Part shown: piece by piece, positions 41,856 through 51,719 of the stretch
Numbering within the stretch: position 1 is the first letter of the stretch
How the letters are laid out: each line of letters opens with the position of its first letter
Origin: Hyphomicrobium aestuarii
GTDB lineage: Bacteria > Pseudomonadota > Alphaproteobacteria > Rhizobiales > Hyphomicrobiaceae
Length of the DNA stretch: 64,000 nt
Direction: 5' to 3'
Assembly (NCBI GenBank): GCA_034408685.1
Contig: JAWXCP010000039.1
Coordinates: forward strand, 534-64,533
Translations under genes and position numbers: made by a program
Notes under the pieces: generated by a model
Seen by the model: only the letters and a program-made list of their open reading frames with translations
Told to the model about the DNA's origin: nothing
Databases searched by the model: none

Positions 41856-44451
41856 CTTACCCGACGCCGCCATAGATTTAACCAACTGCGATCGTGAGCT
41901 GATCCATATTCCAGGCGCGGTCCTGCCACACGGCGCGATGCTCGTCGTAGAACCAGCAACGATGCTGATCGAGCAGGTCGCAGGCGACACACTCGGCCTA
42001 CTTGGCAAAGATGCGGCAGCGCTAAACGGCCGAGGCCTTTCATCACTGTTCACGACCGAACAGGTCGAACGGCTTCGAGACCTGCTGCGCGGTTCCAGCC
42101 TCACCCGCCCGCGCCATATGCTCGATCCGTTGATGAGGATCATCACCGATCGGCCGATCGATGTCAGCGTGCACCTCAGCAATGGCGCATTGGTCATCGA
42201 GGTGGAGGCCGCCGATTTGACCGATCGCCATTCGGCCGATCCACTCGCCTGCCTTCAGGAAATGTTCGACGGGCTGGGCGATGCCCGCGATCTCCAGGCC
42301 TATTGCCAGCTTGCCACTGAGCGGTTGCGATCGGTCGCGGGCTATGACCGCGTGATGGTCTATCGCTTCGCGGCCGACGAGTCGGGATGGGTCTACGCGG
42401 AATCGCGGCGCGACGACCTCAGTCCATTTCTCGATCTTCACTATCCGGCGTCGGACATTCCCAAACAGGCACGTGCGCTTTATCTGACGAGTTGGCTGCG
42501 CCTGATCACCGAAGTTGATTACACGCCCGCGCCGCTCCTGCCCCCGGTCAACCCGCGCAGCGGGAGGGCGCTCGACATGAGTTATGCAATTTTACGCGAC
42601 GTTTCGCCTATCCACCGCGAGTATCTGCGCAACATGGGCGTTGACGCCTCGATGTCGATCTCGATCATTTGCGACGGCAAGTTGTGGGGGCTGATTGCCT
42701 GCCACCATCAAACACCGCGGCGGCTTCCGCGGCACCTGCGCGCGGTTTGCGAACTGTTTGGGTCGATGTTTTCGCTTCAGTTCGAAGTGCGATTGCGTGC
42801 CGAACAACTGAGCGCGCGGCTTCAGTCACGGGAGGCGCTGTCCAAGATGATGCAAGCGCTTGCTCAAGACGACGATTTTGGCGAAGGGCTGGTCGCGCAG
42901 CAGCAACAGTTGCTCGACTATATCGCGGCGGATGGCTTGGCGATGCGCGTCGGGGAAACACGTGGCGGTGTTGCGATCCGCGTCAACAACCGAGTGACTG
43001 CTTTCGGGACAACGCCTGATGATGAGCAAATCGGTGCGCTGACCGACTGGCTGACCAAGAGCATGCGCGATTTTGAGGGCGTATACGCCACTGATCGGCT
43101 GGGTGAGACTTACCCGCCAGCGACGGCCTATGCCGACGTCGCATCCGGGCTTCTCGCGGTATCGGTCTCGCGCGAACCTCGTGATTTTGTGATGTGGTTC
43201 AGGCCCCAGGTGGTCAAGACAGTCCGGTGGGGCGGGGACCCCCGCAAACCAGTTGAAGTTGGCCCCAACGGAATTCGACTGACCCCGCGCAAGTCTTTCG
43301 AAGCCTGGGCGGAGACAGTGCGCGGCCGGTCAAAACCTTGGTCATTATCCGAAAACGACGCTGCATCCGACTTGCGGGTGTCGTTGCTCGAGATCGTGCT
43401 TCGGCGGATCGATGCAGCCGCACGTGAACGGCTCCGGGCGTGGCAGCAGGAACAACTGCTGATGGCCGAGCTTGACCACCGGGTCAAGAATACGTTGGGC
43501 AGCATTCAAGCCATGGTCGCGCAGACCAGCCGAAGCGCTGGTCTGCTGCTAGAGTTCACCCAAGGTCTTGAACGGCGAATACGCTCGATGTCCCGCGCGC
43601 ATTGCTTGCTAACAGAGAGCCGCTGGGAAGCCGTGTCGCTCAGTGCGCTGATCCGCGAAGAACTCGATGCCTACAAGGCAGAGCATTCGAATTTTGGTTT
43701 AAACGGTCCTGAGCTGTCGCTGACGCCGAAGTCGGCTCTTGCGCTGTCTCTAGCAATTCATGAACTCACGACAAACGCTGTGAAATATGGAGCGTTGTCG
43801 GTCGATACGGGTCGCGTTGACATCATTTGGCGGTTCGACGCCAAGGACGGGCTCGATCTCGTCTGGAAAGAGAGCGGCGGCCCGCTCGTTCGCATGCCAA
43901 AACGGCTCGGCTTCGGTTCGACGCTAATCGAGCGCGCCCTGGCCATGGAGACCCGTGGGCGTTCGAGCCTTGCCTTTGAACCGAGCGGGGTGACCTGCTC
44001 GATCACAATGCCCGTGTCCGCTGTGACGATCGGCCGCGCGCGGAGTGGACCGGCGGTCGTCCAGCCCGAACCTCCGGAAGTTTCCATACGGCCCGTTGCC
44101 CCCAATCGGCGAATACTGATCGTAGAAGATTCGGCTTTGGTGGCGATGTTGATGGAGGACGTGATCGCCGATTTGGGATGGGACGTTGTTGGCCCCGCTG
44201 CGCGGTTGGCCGAGGCAATAACGCTCGCAAAGGAGGCGGCGTTCGATGCGGCAATGCTCGACGTCAATCTCGACGGGGAAATGTCGTGGGATGCGGCTGC
44301 CGTACTACAGGATCGCAAAATCCCCTTCGTGTTTACCACTGGGTATGACGGTACTACCGTGCTGCCGGGACGTTTCGCTGGCCGGCCCGTACTAAGAAAA
44401 CCTTTTTCGGCCGACGATATAGGACGCGCGTTGCACGCCCTTCTGTCCTAA
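41848..44451 (+). CDS. bphP: Bacteriophytochrome: PAS-GAF-PHY photosensory core, HWE histidine kinase, C-terminal receiver
   Basis: Biliverdin-binding Cys in 'DLTNCDRELIHIPGAVLPHG'. GAF: 'GYDRVMVYRF', 'HYPASDIPKQAR', 'LRDVSPIHREYLRNMGV.ASMSISI'. HWE kinase: 'ELDHRVKNTL', 'HELTTNAVKYGAL', 'LVWKESGGP'. REC: 'RILIVEDSALVAMLMEDV...MLDVNLDGE'. Confidence 0.9.
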   Translation: MRDLPDAAIDLTNCDRELIHIPGAVLPHGAMLVVEPATMLIEQVAGDTLGLLGKDAAALNGRGLSSLFTTEQVERLRDLLRGSSLTRPRHMLDPLMRIITDRPIDVSVHLSNGALVIEVEAADLTDRHSADPLACLQEMFDGLGDARDLQAYCQLATERLRSVAGYDRVMVYRFAADESGWVYAESRRDDLSPFLDLHYPASDIPKQARALYLTSWLRLITEVDYTPAPLLPPVNPRSGRALDMSYAILRDVSPIHREYLRNMGVDASMSISIICDGKLWGLIACHHQTPRRLPRHLRAVCELFGSMFSLQFEVRLRAEQLSARLQSREALSKMMQALAQDDDFGEGLVAQQQQLLDYIAADGLAMRVGETRGGVAIRVNNRVTAFGTTPDDEQIGALTDWLTKSMRDFEGVYATDRLGETYPPATAYADVASGLLAVSVSREPRDFVMWFRPQVVKTVRWGGDPRKPVEVGPNGIRLTPRKSFEAWAETVRGRSKPWSLSENDAASDLRVSLLEIVLRRIDAAARERLRAWQQEQLLMAELDHRVKNTLGSIQAMVAQTSRSAGLLLEFTQGLERRIRSMSRAHCLLTESRWEAVSLSALIREELDAYKAEHSNFGLNGPELSLTPKSALALSLAIHELTTNAVKYGALSVDTGRVDIIWRFDAKDGLDLVWKESGGPLVRMPKRLGFGSTLIERALAMETRGRSSLAFEPSGVTCSITMPVSAVTIGRARSGPAVVQPEPPEVSIRPVAPNRRILIVEDSALVAMLMEDVIADLGWDVVGPAARLAEAITLAKEAAFDAAMLDVNLDGEMSWDAAAVLQDRKIPFVFTTGYDGTTVLPGRFAGRPVLRKPFSADDIGRALHALLS

Positions 44452-44555
44452 CTTTTGAAGGCGGAACGCCAGTTCAACTCGCGGCGGCTTGAACTGTCAG
44501 CTCTGACGTGTCCCTCGATCGGTTGATGATCCACCTATGCGGAAGGCAGCCCGCA

Positions 44556-46358
44556 TCACGATCGCCGAAGCACCTTGCACTCTGCGCTTTCGATGAACGC
44601 GCGCAGCTTGGCGATCCGCACATTGTCGGAGTGGGACTTGGGGTCGGCGGACGGGACGCCAAGACGTGTCGCCTCCGCGCCGGTGAACATCGCGACGTCC
44701 ATGCGGCGGCACAGTTCGCGCGCGAGGTCGTTGGACAGTTCGCCAATGTCGAAGATGAGCGGGCGGTTGGTCAGCGCGCGGTCGTTGCGGACGAGGTCAT
44801 CCCCGTAGTGGATGGCGATGGTCTCGATCACGACAGCGCCCGCAGGCTTGGCGCGGATGGCAGCGTCGGCGCGAACGTACGGCTCATACATGCCGCGCAT
44901 CATCAGGCCATGGAGTGGTGCGAGCACGAGCACGGCAGCGGCCGTCGCGACACCGGCGAGGCCATAGGCTGCGCGCCGTTGCCCGGCATTCAAGTTCGCG
45001 GTCATGCCGACCCAGCCGAGCGTGGCGACGAGCGCGGCGCTACCCATCAGGCCGTGGGCATATCGATAACCCCAGCCGTAATCCTGGTAGGGCAACAGAA
45101 ACAACATGGCGAGCAGCGTTAGTACGATGCTGGCAGCAAGCGAGCGTTGTATCCCGCCCGCGCGCCACGCCATAACCATACCGGGGCCGATCAGCACCAG
45201 CATCAGCGGGTTCTGCCACGCAGCAAAGCGGAACAGGTTCTGCACCATCGTCTCGTAGGCCGACGGATAGAAATTGGCGAACAGCCCGCTCACGCGGCTG
45301 AGAAAGTAGGACACGCCCATCGCGCTCGCGGCTTCGGGAGCCGCCGTGCCCGTGCCGGATAGGAGTAACTGCCAGTAGAGGATCCAGAACAATCCGATCG
45401 CCGCGTAGGCCACCGCGTAGACAGCGGCCAGCGTCCATCGCCGGTCGAGCAGCACTTGCAGCAGGAATGGCACCACGAACAGCGGATGGAACACCAGTTG
45501 GTGGAGCCCTGTGGCGAGGAAGCCGACCGCAATGGCGCCAGCGTGGGACGCGGCGGTGTTGCGCAGGAACAGCCACAGCCACACGAGGTTCAGCGCCAAA
45601 TGCGCGCTCATGGCGTAGGGCGTCATCGACATGAACAGCATCTGCGAGGAGGTGGCGGCGAGCACCAGCGCGATCAGCCACGCGTCCGGCCGGTCGGGGA
45701 ACAGGCGACGTGCGATCGCGATCACGGCAAGCAACGCGACGACGAGCAGCGTAGCGTTGACGAACGCCCGGTCGAGAACCAGACCAAGGACGCCGCGGAT
45801 GATGGCGTTGCCCGGCAAGTAGGTCGAAGCCCAACCGGCGTGGTCGGGTACAGGCAGACGGAACACCGGTTGCAACGATGGCACGAACGGCCGCCACTCG
45901 GGCGCGACGGGGCCGAGCAATTGCCCGTTGGCGACGAGCGAGGCGTCGAACAGCGCCATGATCTCGTCGCGGGAGAACGCGAAGTCGAACGCGACGACGT
46001 GCGTCCCGATGACGACAGTCGTGGCGGCAGCAATGATAATCGCTGCGTATACGACAGGCGTTGGTACAAAAAGCCGTTCGGTCGCTCGGCCGACGCTTGC
46101 TGGCAGGCCGAGCCACGCGATGATGCCGAGGACTGCCGCCAACGGCAGCATCACCGGGAGGTCCTGCTGCTGGTAATACTGCCAGGTGAGGAAATAGCGC
46201 AGCGACAGATCGAGCTGCTGGATGGCAGCGACCGCGAGGATTACGAGCGCGACGCCGACGCACGACCGGCGGAACGCGCTGGGCAGCCGATCAACGCCGT
46301 CCGCTGGCGCAACGGTCGCTGAGGCGTTTGTCGGCACGGTGCTTTGGCTGTCCTGCAT
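44556..46358 (-). CDS. Polytopic membrane protein, possibly GT-C (ArnT/PMT-like) glycosyltransferase
   Basis: 600 aa with more than 10 hydrophobic segments and a soluble C-terminal ~130 aa. The functional assignment rests only on topology and resemblance to PMT_2-type proteins. Confidence 0.55.
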   Translation of the reverse strand: MQDSQSTVPTNASATVAPADGVDRLPSAFRRSCVGVALVILAVAAIQQLDLSLRYFLTWQYYQQQDLPVMLPLAAVLGIIAWLGLPASVGRATERLFVPTPVVYAAIIIAAATTVVIGTHVVAFDFAFSRDEIMALFDASLVANGQLLGPVAPEWRPFVPSLQPVFRLPVPDHAGWASTYLPGNAIIRGVLGLVLDRAFVNATLLVVALLAVIAIARRLFPDRPDAWLIALVLAATSSQMLFMSMTPYAMSAHLALNLVWLWLFLRNTAASHAGAIAVGFLATGLHQLVFHPLFVVPFLLQVLLDRRWTLAAVYAVAYAAIGLFWILYWQLLLSGTGTAAPEAASAMGVSYFLSRVSGLFANFYPSAYETMVQNLFRFAAWQNPLMLVLIGPGMVMAWRAGGIQRSLAASIVLTLLAMLFLLPYQDYGWGYRYAHGLMGSAALVATLGWVGMTANLNAGQRRAAYGLAGVATAAAVLVLAPLHGLMMRGMYEPYVRADAAIRAKPAGAVVIETIAIHYGDDLVRNDRALTNRPLIFDIGELSNDLARELCRRMDVAMFTGAEATRLGVPSADPKSHSDNVRIAKLRAFIESAECKVLRRS

Positions 46359-46436
46359 GAATTTCCGTCCCGAAGCTTTTCTGACGAGCTATCCGGCACG
46401 GTATGAATAGACGCTGAGTGGCCCGGCGAGCCTCGC

Positions 46437-47939
46437 TCAGATCTTTTGATTGTAGGCGCCGACCTCGGGAAACTTGGCGAGCGTGGCGTCGATATCGGCG
46501 AAGATCGCGCGCATGTTGGCCTCCGATGCCGGGCTTTCCACGACGACGACCAGTTCCGGTTTGTTCGACGAGGCGCGGACGAGGCCCCACGTGCCGTCCT
46601 CCAGCATCAGGCGAATACCGTTGACGGTGACGACGTCGACGATCTTCTGGCCGGCAACTGTCGTGCCGGTTTCAAAGCGCGCCATGTAATCGGCCACCAC
46701 TTTGTCGACGATGCCGTACTTCACTTCGTCGCCGCAGTGGGGCGACATGGTTGGCGAACTCCACGTCTTGGGCAGAGCGTTCTTGAGGTCAGCCATCGAC
46801 TTGTCCGGCGCGCGGTCGAGCATATCGAGCACGGCAAGGGCGGCGACGATGCCGTCGTCATAGCCACGGCCAAGCGGTGGCTGGAAGAAGAAGTGGCCGG
46901 ACTTCTCGAAGCCGACGAGGGCTTTGATCTCGTGGGTGTAGCGCTTCATGTAGGAGTGGCCGGTCTTCCAGTAGACGGCTTTTGCGCCTTGTGCCTTCAA
47001 CACCGGGTCGGTGACGAATAGTCCGGTCGATTTCACGTCGGCGACGAAGATCGCATTTTTGTGGATTGCCGAAAGGTCGCGGGCAAGCATCACGCCGACC
47101 TTGTCGGCAAAAATTTCATGGCCTTCGTTGTCGACTACGCCGCAACGATCGCCATCGCCGTCAAAACCTAAGCCGACGTCGGCCTTGCTCGCGAGCACGG
47201 CCTCCGAGATCGCATGCAGCATCTTCATGTCTTCGGGGTTGGGATTGTAGCGCGGGAACGAATGATCGAGTTCGACATCGAGCGGTACGACCTCACAGCC
47301 AACGGCGGCCAGGATCTGCGGTGCGAACGCACCAGCCGTGCCGTTGCCGCAGGCGCAGACGACCTTGAGCTTGCGCTTGAGCGGCGCGCGGTCGGACAAG
47401 GCATTGATATAGCGGTCGGCAAAATTGTCGACGTAGATGTATTTGCCAGCGCCGGGATGCGTCTTCCAGGCTCCGGAGAGCACGATTTCCTTCAACCGCG
47501 TCATCTCGTCGGGGCCGAACGTCAGCGGGCGGTTCATGCCCATCTTGATGCCGGTCCAGCCATTGTCGTTATGGCTGGCGGTGACCATCGCGACGCCGGG
47601 CACATCGAGCGCGAACTGGGCGAAATAGGCCATTGGCGACAATGCAAGCCCGATGTCGTGGACCTCGAAGCCACCCATGATCAAACCGTTGACGAGAGCC
47701 TGTTTCACGCTCGCCGAATACCAGCGGAAATCGTGACCGACGACGATGCGCTTTGGCACGTCGCGTTCGTCGAACAGGGTCGCCATGCCCAGCCCGATGC
47801 AATTCAGACCCTGGAGATTGATCTCCTGAGGGAACAGCCAGCGCGCGTCGTACTCACGAAACCCCGTCGGCTTGACCAGCGGCAAGCGCTCGAAATCGGC
47901 CGTGTTCGGCTTGAGGTCGGCGCGCGGGGTTGGCAACAT
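46437..47939 (-). CDS. Phosphomannomutase/phosphoglucomutase (alpha-D-phosphohexomutase)
   Basis: 'VTASHNDNGWTGIKMG' (active-site Ser loop), 'GLGFDGDGDRCGVVD' (Mg site), 'GFEKSGHFFF'. The ATG at 47939 has GGAGA upstream. Confidence 0.9.
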   Translation of the reverse strand: MLPTPRADLKPNTADFERLPLVKPTGFREYDARWLFPQEINLQGLNCIGLGMATLFDERDVPKRIVVGHDFRWYSASVKQALVNGLIMGGFEVHDIGLALSPMAYFAQFALDVPGVAMVTASHNDNGWTGIKMGMNRPLTFGPDEMTRLKEIVLSGAWKTHPGAGKYIYVDNFADRYINALSDRAPLKRKLKVVCACGNGTAGAFAPQILAAVGCEVVPLDVELDHSFPRYNPNPEDMKMLHAISEAVLASKADVGLGFDGDGDRCGVVDNEGHEIFADKVGVMLARDLSAIHKNAIFVADVKSTGLFVTDPVLKAQGAKAVYWKTGHSYMKRYTHEIKALVGFEKSGHFFFQPPLGRGYDDGIVAALAVLDMLDRAPDKSMADLKNALPKTWSSPTMSPHCGDEVKYGIVDKVVADYMARFETGTTVAGQKIVDVVTVNGIRLMLEDGTWGLVRASSNKPELVVVVESPASEANMRAIFADIDATLAKFPEVGAYNQKI

Positions 47940-48141
47940 CGGCGGGTCTCCATGAGCGATAGGAAACCGCCAGCTGCTGCAGCGGGCGGGTCTTCGATCG
48001 AGGCTGGGCATTGAAACTTACGACATGGCTCCCGTGTGACAGATGTCGGATTGCAAAGCGCATGCGGCAAAGCGCGCCGTAAGAAAGTACAGCGAGGCGC
48101 GGGCTCAGGCGTCGCGTTGCTTGGCCGCGGTCGGCCATAAC

Positions 48142-48744
48142 TCAGTCGTGGAGCACGAGGCGGCCAGCCCCACTTTCGAACTTTGTGATCCGCGACAGGA
48201 ACGTCATCCCGAGTAAATTCGTGCTGAGGCGGCCGGGTTCGGAAACGGCGGCCTGAACATTGCGGACCTGGATAGGGCCGATTTCGACGCGGTCGAGCAC
48301 GATAGGCGCGGCTCGCGCAATACCATTCGCCGTATTGGTCCGCATGGTGAAATCGCGGTCGCGCAGGAAGATGCCGAGGCGTTGCGCGTCCTCGTAGGTC
48401 AGCACGACGAGTGAGGCCCCGGTGTCGACCAGAGCGCCGACACGACGGCCATTGATCTCGACGTCGGCCTGATAGTGGCCCCGTCTGTCGGCGCGCAGTT
48501 CGAAAACCGTGCCGCTGCGATCGTTCGCTGGCGGGTCGATTTCAGCTATAGTTGGCTTGACTGCCGGTCGCTGTCCAGCGGGGACCGGCGGCAGCACACG
48601 CTCCAAGCCAGCGATCATGACCGCCGACAGGTTGTGACGGACAAGGTCATAATTCATGTACAACGCGACGACAGCGGCGGCTCCGCACAGCCACGTGCCG
48701 AGTTCCAGAAACAGGCTGGGCTCTTCGTCGTCGGGATTTCGCAT
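48142..48744 (-). CDS. Membrane-anchored retropepsin-like (clan AA, TIGR02281-type) aspartic protease
   Basis: N-terminal TM segment, then 'GHYQADVEINGRRVGALVDTGASLVVLTYEDAQRLGI' (DTGA catalytic motif) and 'NLLGMTFLSR'. Confidence 0.8.
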   Translation of the reverse strand: MRNPDDEEPSLFLELGTWLCGAAAVVALYMNYDLVRHNLSAVMIAGLERVLPPVPAGQRPAVKPTIAEIDPPANDRSGTVFELRADRRGHYQADVEINGRRVGALVDTGASLVVLTYEDAQRLGIFLRDRDFTMRTNTANGIARAAPIVLDRVEIGPIQVRNVQAAVSEPGRLSTNLLGMTFLSRITKFESGAGRLVLHD

Positions 48745-48775
48745 ACTGACGCCATGCTTGGGTTTTGTGCCCCGG

Positions 48776-49465
48776 TCAGCTTCGGAACGTCATGAAATCA
48801 CCGGACACGTCATAGGACCGCAATCGGCTTAAGAAAGTCATACCGAGAAGGCTTTCCTTAACGTTGCCGGGCATCGCAACGAGCGCATCCACCCGGTCGA
48901 AACTGATGCCTCCGACCGCTATCGATTTCAAACGCACAGCGGCGCAAAACGTCCGGCCGTTGGCGGTGTCGACGGGTATCGTGAACGACAGCGATTTGAG
49001 ATCGATACCAGCCTTTTCTGCGTCGCTCGACTTTAGCACGATCGAGCTTGCGCCGGTATCGACCAGCATGGGCATGGCCGCCCCGTTGACGTCCGCGCGG
49101 GCAAAGAACGAGCCGCGCGCCGAACGGCGGATGCGAACCGTCCGTTCGCCCTCGATCCCCGAGACTTCGGTCGTACCGTACGGCGAGAATTCGCCGCTGA
49201 CGCGCCCGGCAAATCCCTTGATTTCGTCGCGGAATGCGTAAATCGAGACCGCCGCCATGAAAATCAGACCCCAAACCGCGATGTGGGACATCGCGTCGGT
49301 CATCCGGCCTCGGTAGTCGAGGACCAGCTTGGGTAGCAGCAGCAAGACGAGGACCGTCCAAGCTCCGATCAGGACCCAGTGGCCATTATCGTCCATCTGA
49401 TCGTCTCCATGCCATTGTCGACGCTTCGCGGGAGGTGTCTCGGCTTTGCGGCCCGACGACGTCAC
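48776..49465 (-). CDS. Membrane-anchored retropepsin-like aspartic protease, tandem paralogue
   Basis: Two TM segments, then 'GSFFARADVNGAAMPMLVDTGASSIVLKSSDAEKAGI' and 'SLLGMTFLSRL'. The start is uncertain (49465 or 49396). Confidence 0.8.
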   Translation of the reverse strand: MTSSGRKAETPPAKRRQWHGDDQMDDNGHWVLIGAWTVLVLLLLPKLVLDYRGRMTDAMSHIAVWGLIFMAAVSIYAFRDEIKGFAGRVSGEFSPYGTTEVSGIEGERTVRIRRSARGSFFARADVNGAAMPMLVDTGASSIVLKSSDAEKAGIDLKSLSFTIPVDTANGRTFCAAVRLKSIAVGGISFDRVDALVAMPGNVKESLLGMTFLSRLRSYDVSGDFMTFRS

Positions 49466-49485
49466 GCTGCCCGGCTATTGATCAC

Positions 49486-49692
49486 TCATAGCTGGGACTG
49501 TGTGGGGCCCAATCGCGGTGGCAGTTTGTCGAGCCGGGCCGCCAACGTGTCCATCACCTGTTGGCGCTGGTCTGGCGTCAGGCGGATCCAACTGGAGATC
49601 TCGGCGCCAGTGCGGCCGCAACCGATGCAGATGCCTGCGGAACGGTCGATTTCGCAAATGTTGATGCACGGCGTTTCCAAGCGAACTCCCAA
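49486..49692 (-). CDS. DUF1289-family small Cys-rich protein
   Basis: '[29 protein letters not shown]', the characteristic C-x-x-C...C-x-x-C pattern. The ORF-caller start is a TTG, so the start is uncertain. Confidence 0.7.
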   Translation of the reverse strand: MGVRLETPCINICEIDRSAGICIGCGRTGAEISSWIRLTPDQRQQVMDTLAARLDKLPPRLGPTQSQL

Positions 49693-49701
49693 AGGTGCGG
49701 G

Positions 49702-49805
49702 CTAGAGTGCTTCCGGAAAAGTTGGAACCGGTTTTCCGAAAAGAAGCACGACAAACCAATAAGTTAGAGGCCTTCGGCGACTCCATTTAAAGCGGAAGGC
49801 CTCTA
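49702..49805 (-). repeat. ~104-bp REP-like structured repeat, copy B
   Basis: The reverse complement reads 'tagaggccttccgctttaaatggagtcgccgaaggcctctaacttattggtttgtcgtgcttcttttcggaaaaccggttccaacttttccggaagcactctag', with only a handful of differences from copy A. Confidence 0.85.
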
Positions 49806-49898
49806 GCGTCCACCGGGTCTTAACGTGCGTTGGTTCATTGGGGAAGGCCGGGTGGCCGCGTGTTGCCGTGTGTTGCTGAACGGAGCTGATCAGCACGA

Positions 49899-51719
49899 TT
49901 AGGCGCGAAGCACGTCGCGCAGGCGTGCCCGCCGCGGAGCTGGTTTTCGCTCCGGCGAGGGTTGCGATGCTGGATGCGCGGCATGCGCCGATTGTAATGC
50001 GGCTTTTGCCGGCTGCGACGCGGCATTCCCCGGGTGAGATGCGCCGGGCTTGGCGTGCGGGGCGGCCGGCGGACGCTGGATGCGTGCGCGGAGTTCCGGG
50101 TTCAGACGGTGCCGCTCGGCGCCAAGCGGTTGCAAGGGCGGGGCAGCCGCCAGCACGCGGCGTTGCGGTAGGATGACGATGGCTTCGGTACCGCGGCGCA
50201 ACTCGCTCCGCAGCTCGAACTTGCCGTCATGCAACTCGACGAGGCTCGTCACGATCGAAAGGCCAAGGCCGGTGCCGCCTTCAGCCGTCTGGTGGGCGAG
50301 CGAGCCCTGGCCGAACGGCTGCATCACCTTGGGGATTTCATCGGCCGGGATGCCGGGGCCGGTGTCGCGCACCGACAACATCTGCCCGCCGCCGGGTGCG
50401 TTCGTAATCTTGACTGTGATGGTCCCGCCTTTGGGCGTGAACTTCAGCGCGTTCGACATCAGGTTGAGGCAAATCTGGCGCAAAGCGCGCTGATCGGCCC
50501 AGACCGGCGGCAGATCGTCGGCCAGCTCCAGCGTCAAGGTCAGACCCTTTGCTTCCGCCCTGAGTTTCAACAGGCGGTGGCAGTCGTCGACGACGTCGGT
50601 CAGCCGAAGACGCTCCTCGGTCAATTGATAACGGCCAGCCTCGATGCGTGACAGGTCGAGAATTTCATTGATCAAGTTCAGGAGGTGGCGGCCGCTGTCG
50701 TGGATGTTTCCGGAATACTCCTTGTAGACCGGGGTGCCGAGCGGACCCATGACCTCGGCCTTCATGACCTCCGAGAAGCCCATGATGGCGTTGAGGGGCG
50801 TGCGCAACTCGTGGCTCATGGTGGCCAAGAACCGCGATTTCGAGTTATTGGCGGCCTCGGCACGGCGGCGGGCCTCGTCGGAAATGGCTTTTTCCTCTTC
50901 CAGCGCCGCAATCAAGATATCTTTCTGCGCTCGGAACGTGAGCCGCTCGAGCGCCGTCGAATAGAGGCCCTGGACCAGCCAGATGAAGTACAAATGCACG
51001 CCGACGGCCATCGCCGCCAACGCGTTCAAGAAGGGGTCGCCCACCACCACGAGACGCACCACGACGGCGAGCGTCATCGGCAAGGTGCCGGCATATAGGA
51101 CGCTGGGGATCGTCGCGGCAAACGTCATACGGACCGATATGACGACGATCAATGCCGCGAATATAAAAACGCTGGCGGTGAACAAGGCGGTCGGGCTGAT
51201 GCTTGGTTGGGGCGCCGCATCGAACCAGTTCGCGAACATCGCGATGTCCATGCCGACGAGAACGAACCCGGCCCAGCAGACACCCGTCAGGATCTCGGCG
51301 CTGACGAACACGCGACGCCAGCGCTTGATATTTTTATGGGCATCGGCATCGGCGAGATACCGTCCGCACTGCCACAACAGCAACGCCTTGCTGACAATCA
51401 CCAGCGTCAGCCAAACCAACGCTTCGTGCTTAGACGCCCAAAACGTGCTGGCCAGCGAAAAAATGACCGCGAGCACTGGCATCGTGACGGCGGCCTTGAG
51501 CTCGTTGCGGGCGAAAATCGCCATCAGTTCGTGCTCGAACTCGGGCTCGATGCCGCTACCCGACTGCAGCCGTCCACGCACGGCCTTGAGCTCAGCGGCG
51601 CGGCGCCATTTGCGGGCGCGCGACGGCTCAGCCGGAGGTGCGGCGGTAGGGACGGGGTTCGATTTCATACCGCTCGCGGCTAAGAAACGGGGGGCGGCCA
51701 AGACGGTCGTCAACACCAT
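49899..51719 (-). CDS. Membrane sensor histidine kinase (HisKA + HATPase_c) with Pro/Ala-rich C-terminal tail
   Basis: About 5 TM segments, H-box 'SRFLATMSHELRTPLNAI', N/G boxes 'LMSNALKFT', 'VRDTGPGIP', 'GGTGLGLSIV'. The start is ambiguous (GTG 51731, ATG 51719, ATG 51668). Confidence 0.85.
   Translation of the reverse strand: MVLTTVLAAPRFLAASGMKSNPVPTAAPPAEPSRARKWRRAAELKAVRGRLQSGSGIEPEFEHELMAIFARNELKAAVTMPVLAVIFSLASTFWASKHEALVWLTLVIVSKALLLWQCGRYLADADAHKNIKRWRRVFVSAEILTGVCWAGFVLVGMDIAMFANWFDAAPQPSISPTALFTASVFIFAALIVVISVRMTFAATIPSVLYAGTLPMTLAVVVRLVVVGDPFLNALAAMAVGVHLYFIWLVQGLYSTALERLTFRAQKDILIAALEEEKAISDEARRRAEAANNSKSRFLATMSHELRTPLNAIMGFSEVMKAEVMGPLGTPVYKEYSGNIHDSGRHLLNLINEILDLSRIEAGRYQLTEERLRLTDVVDDCHRLLKLRAEAKGLTLTLELADDLPPVWADQRALRQICLNLMSNALKFTPKGGTITVKITNAPGGGQMLSVRDTGPGIPADEIPKVMQPFGQGSLAHQTAEGGTGLGLSIVTSLVELHDGKFELRSELRRGTEAIVILPQRRVLAAAPPLQPLGAERHRLNPELRARIQRPPAAPHAKPGASHPGNAASQPAKAALQSAHAAHPASQPSPERKPAPRRARLRDVLRA

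Noticed and set aside
45040-46322. Long alternative-frame ORFs (407 aa minus, 288 aa plus) inside the polytopic membrane-protein gene
   Set aside because: They are Arg/Pro/Gly-rich shadow frames. The 600-aa frame has coherent transmembrane periodicity.
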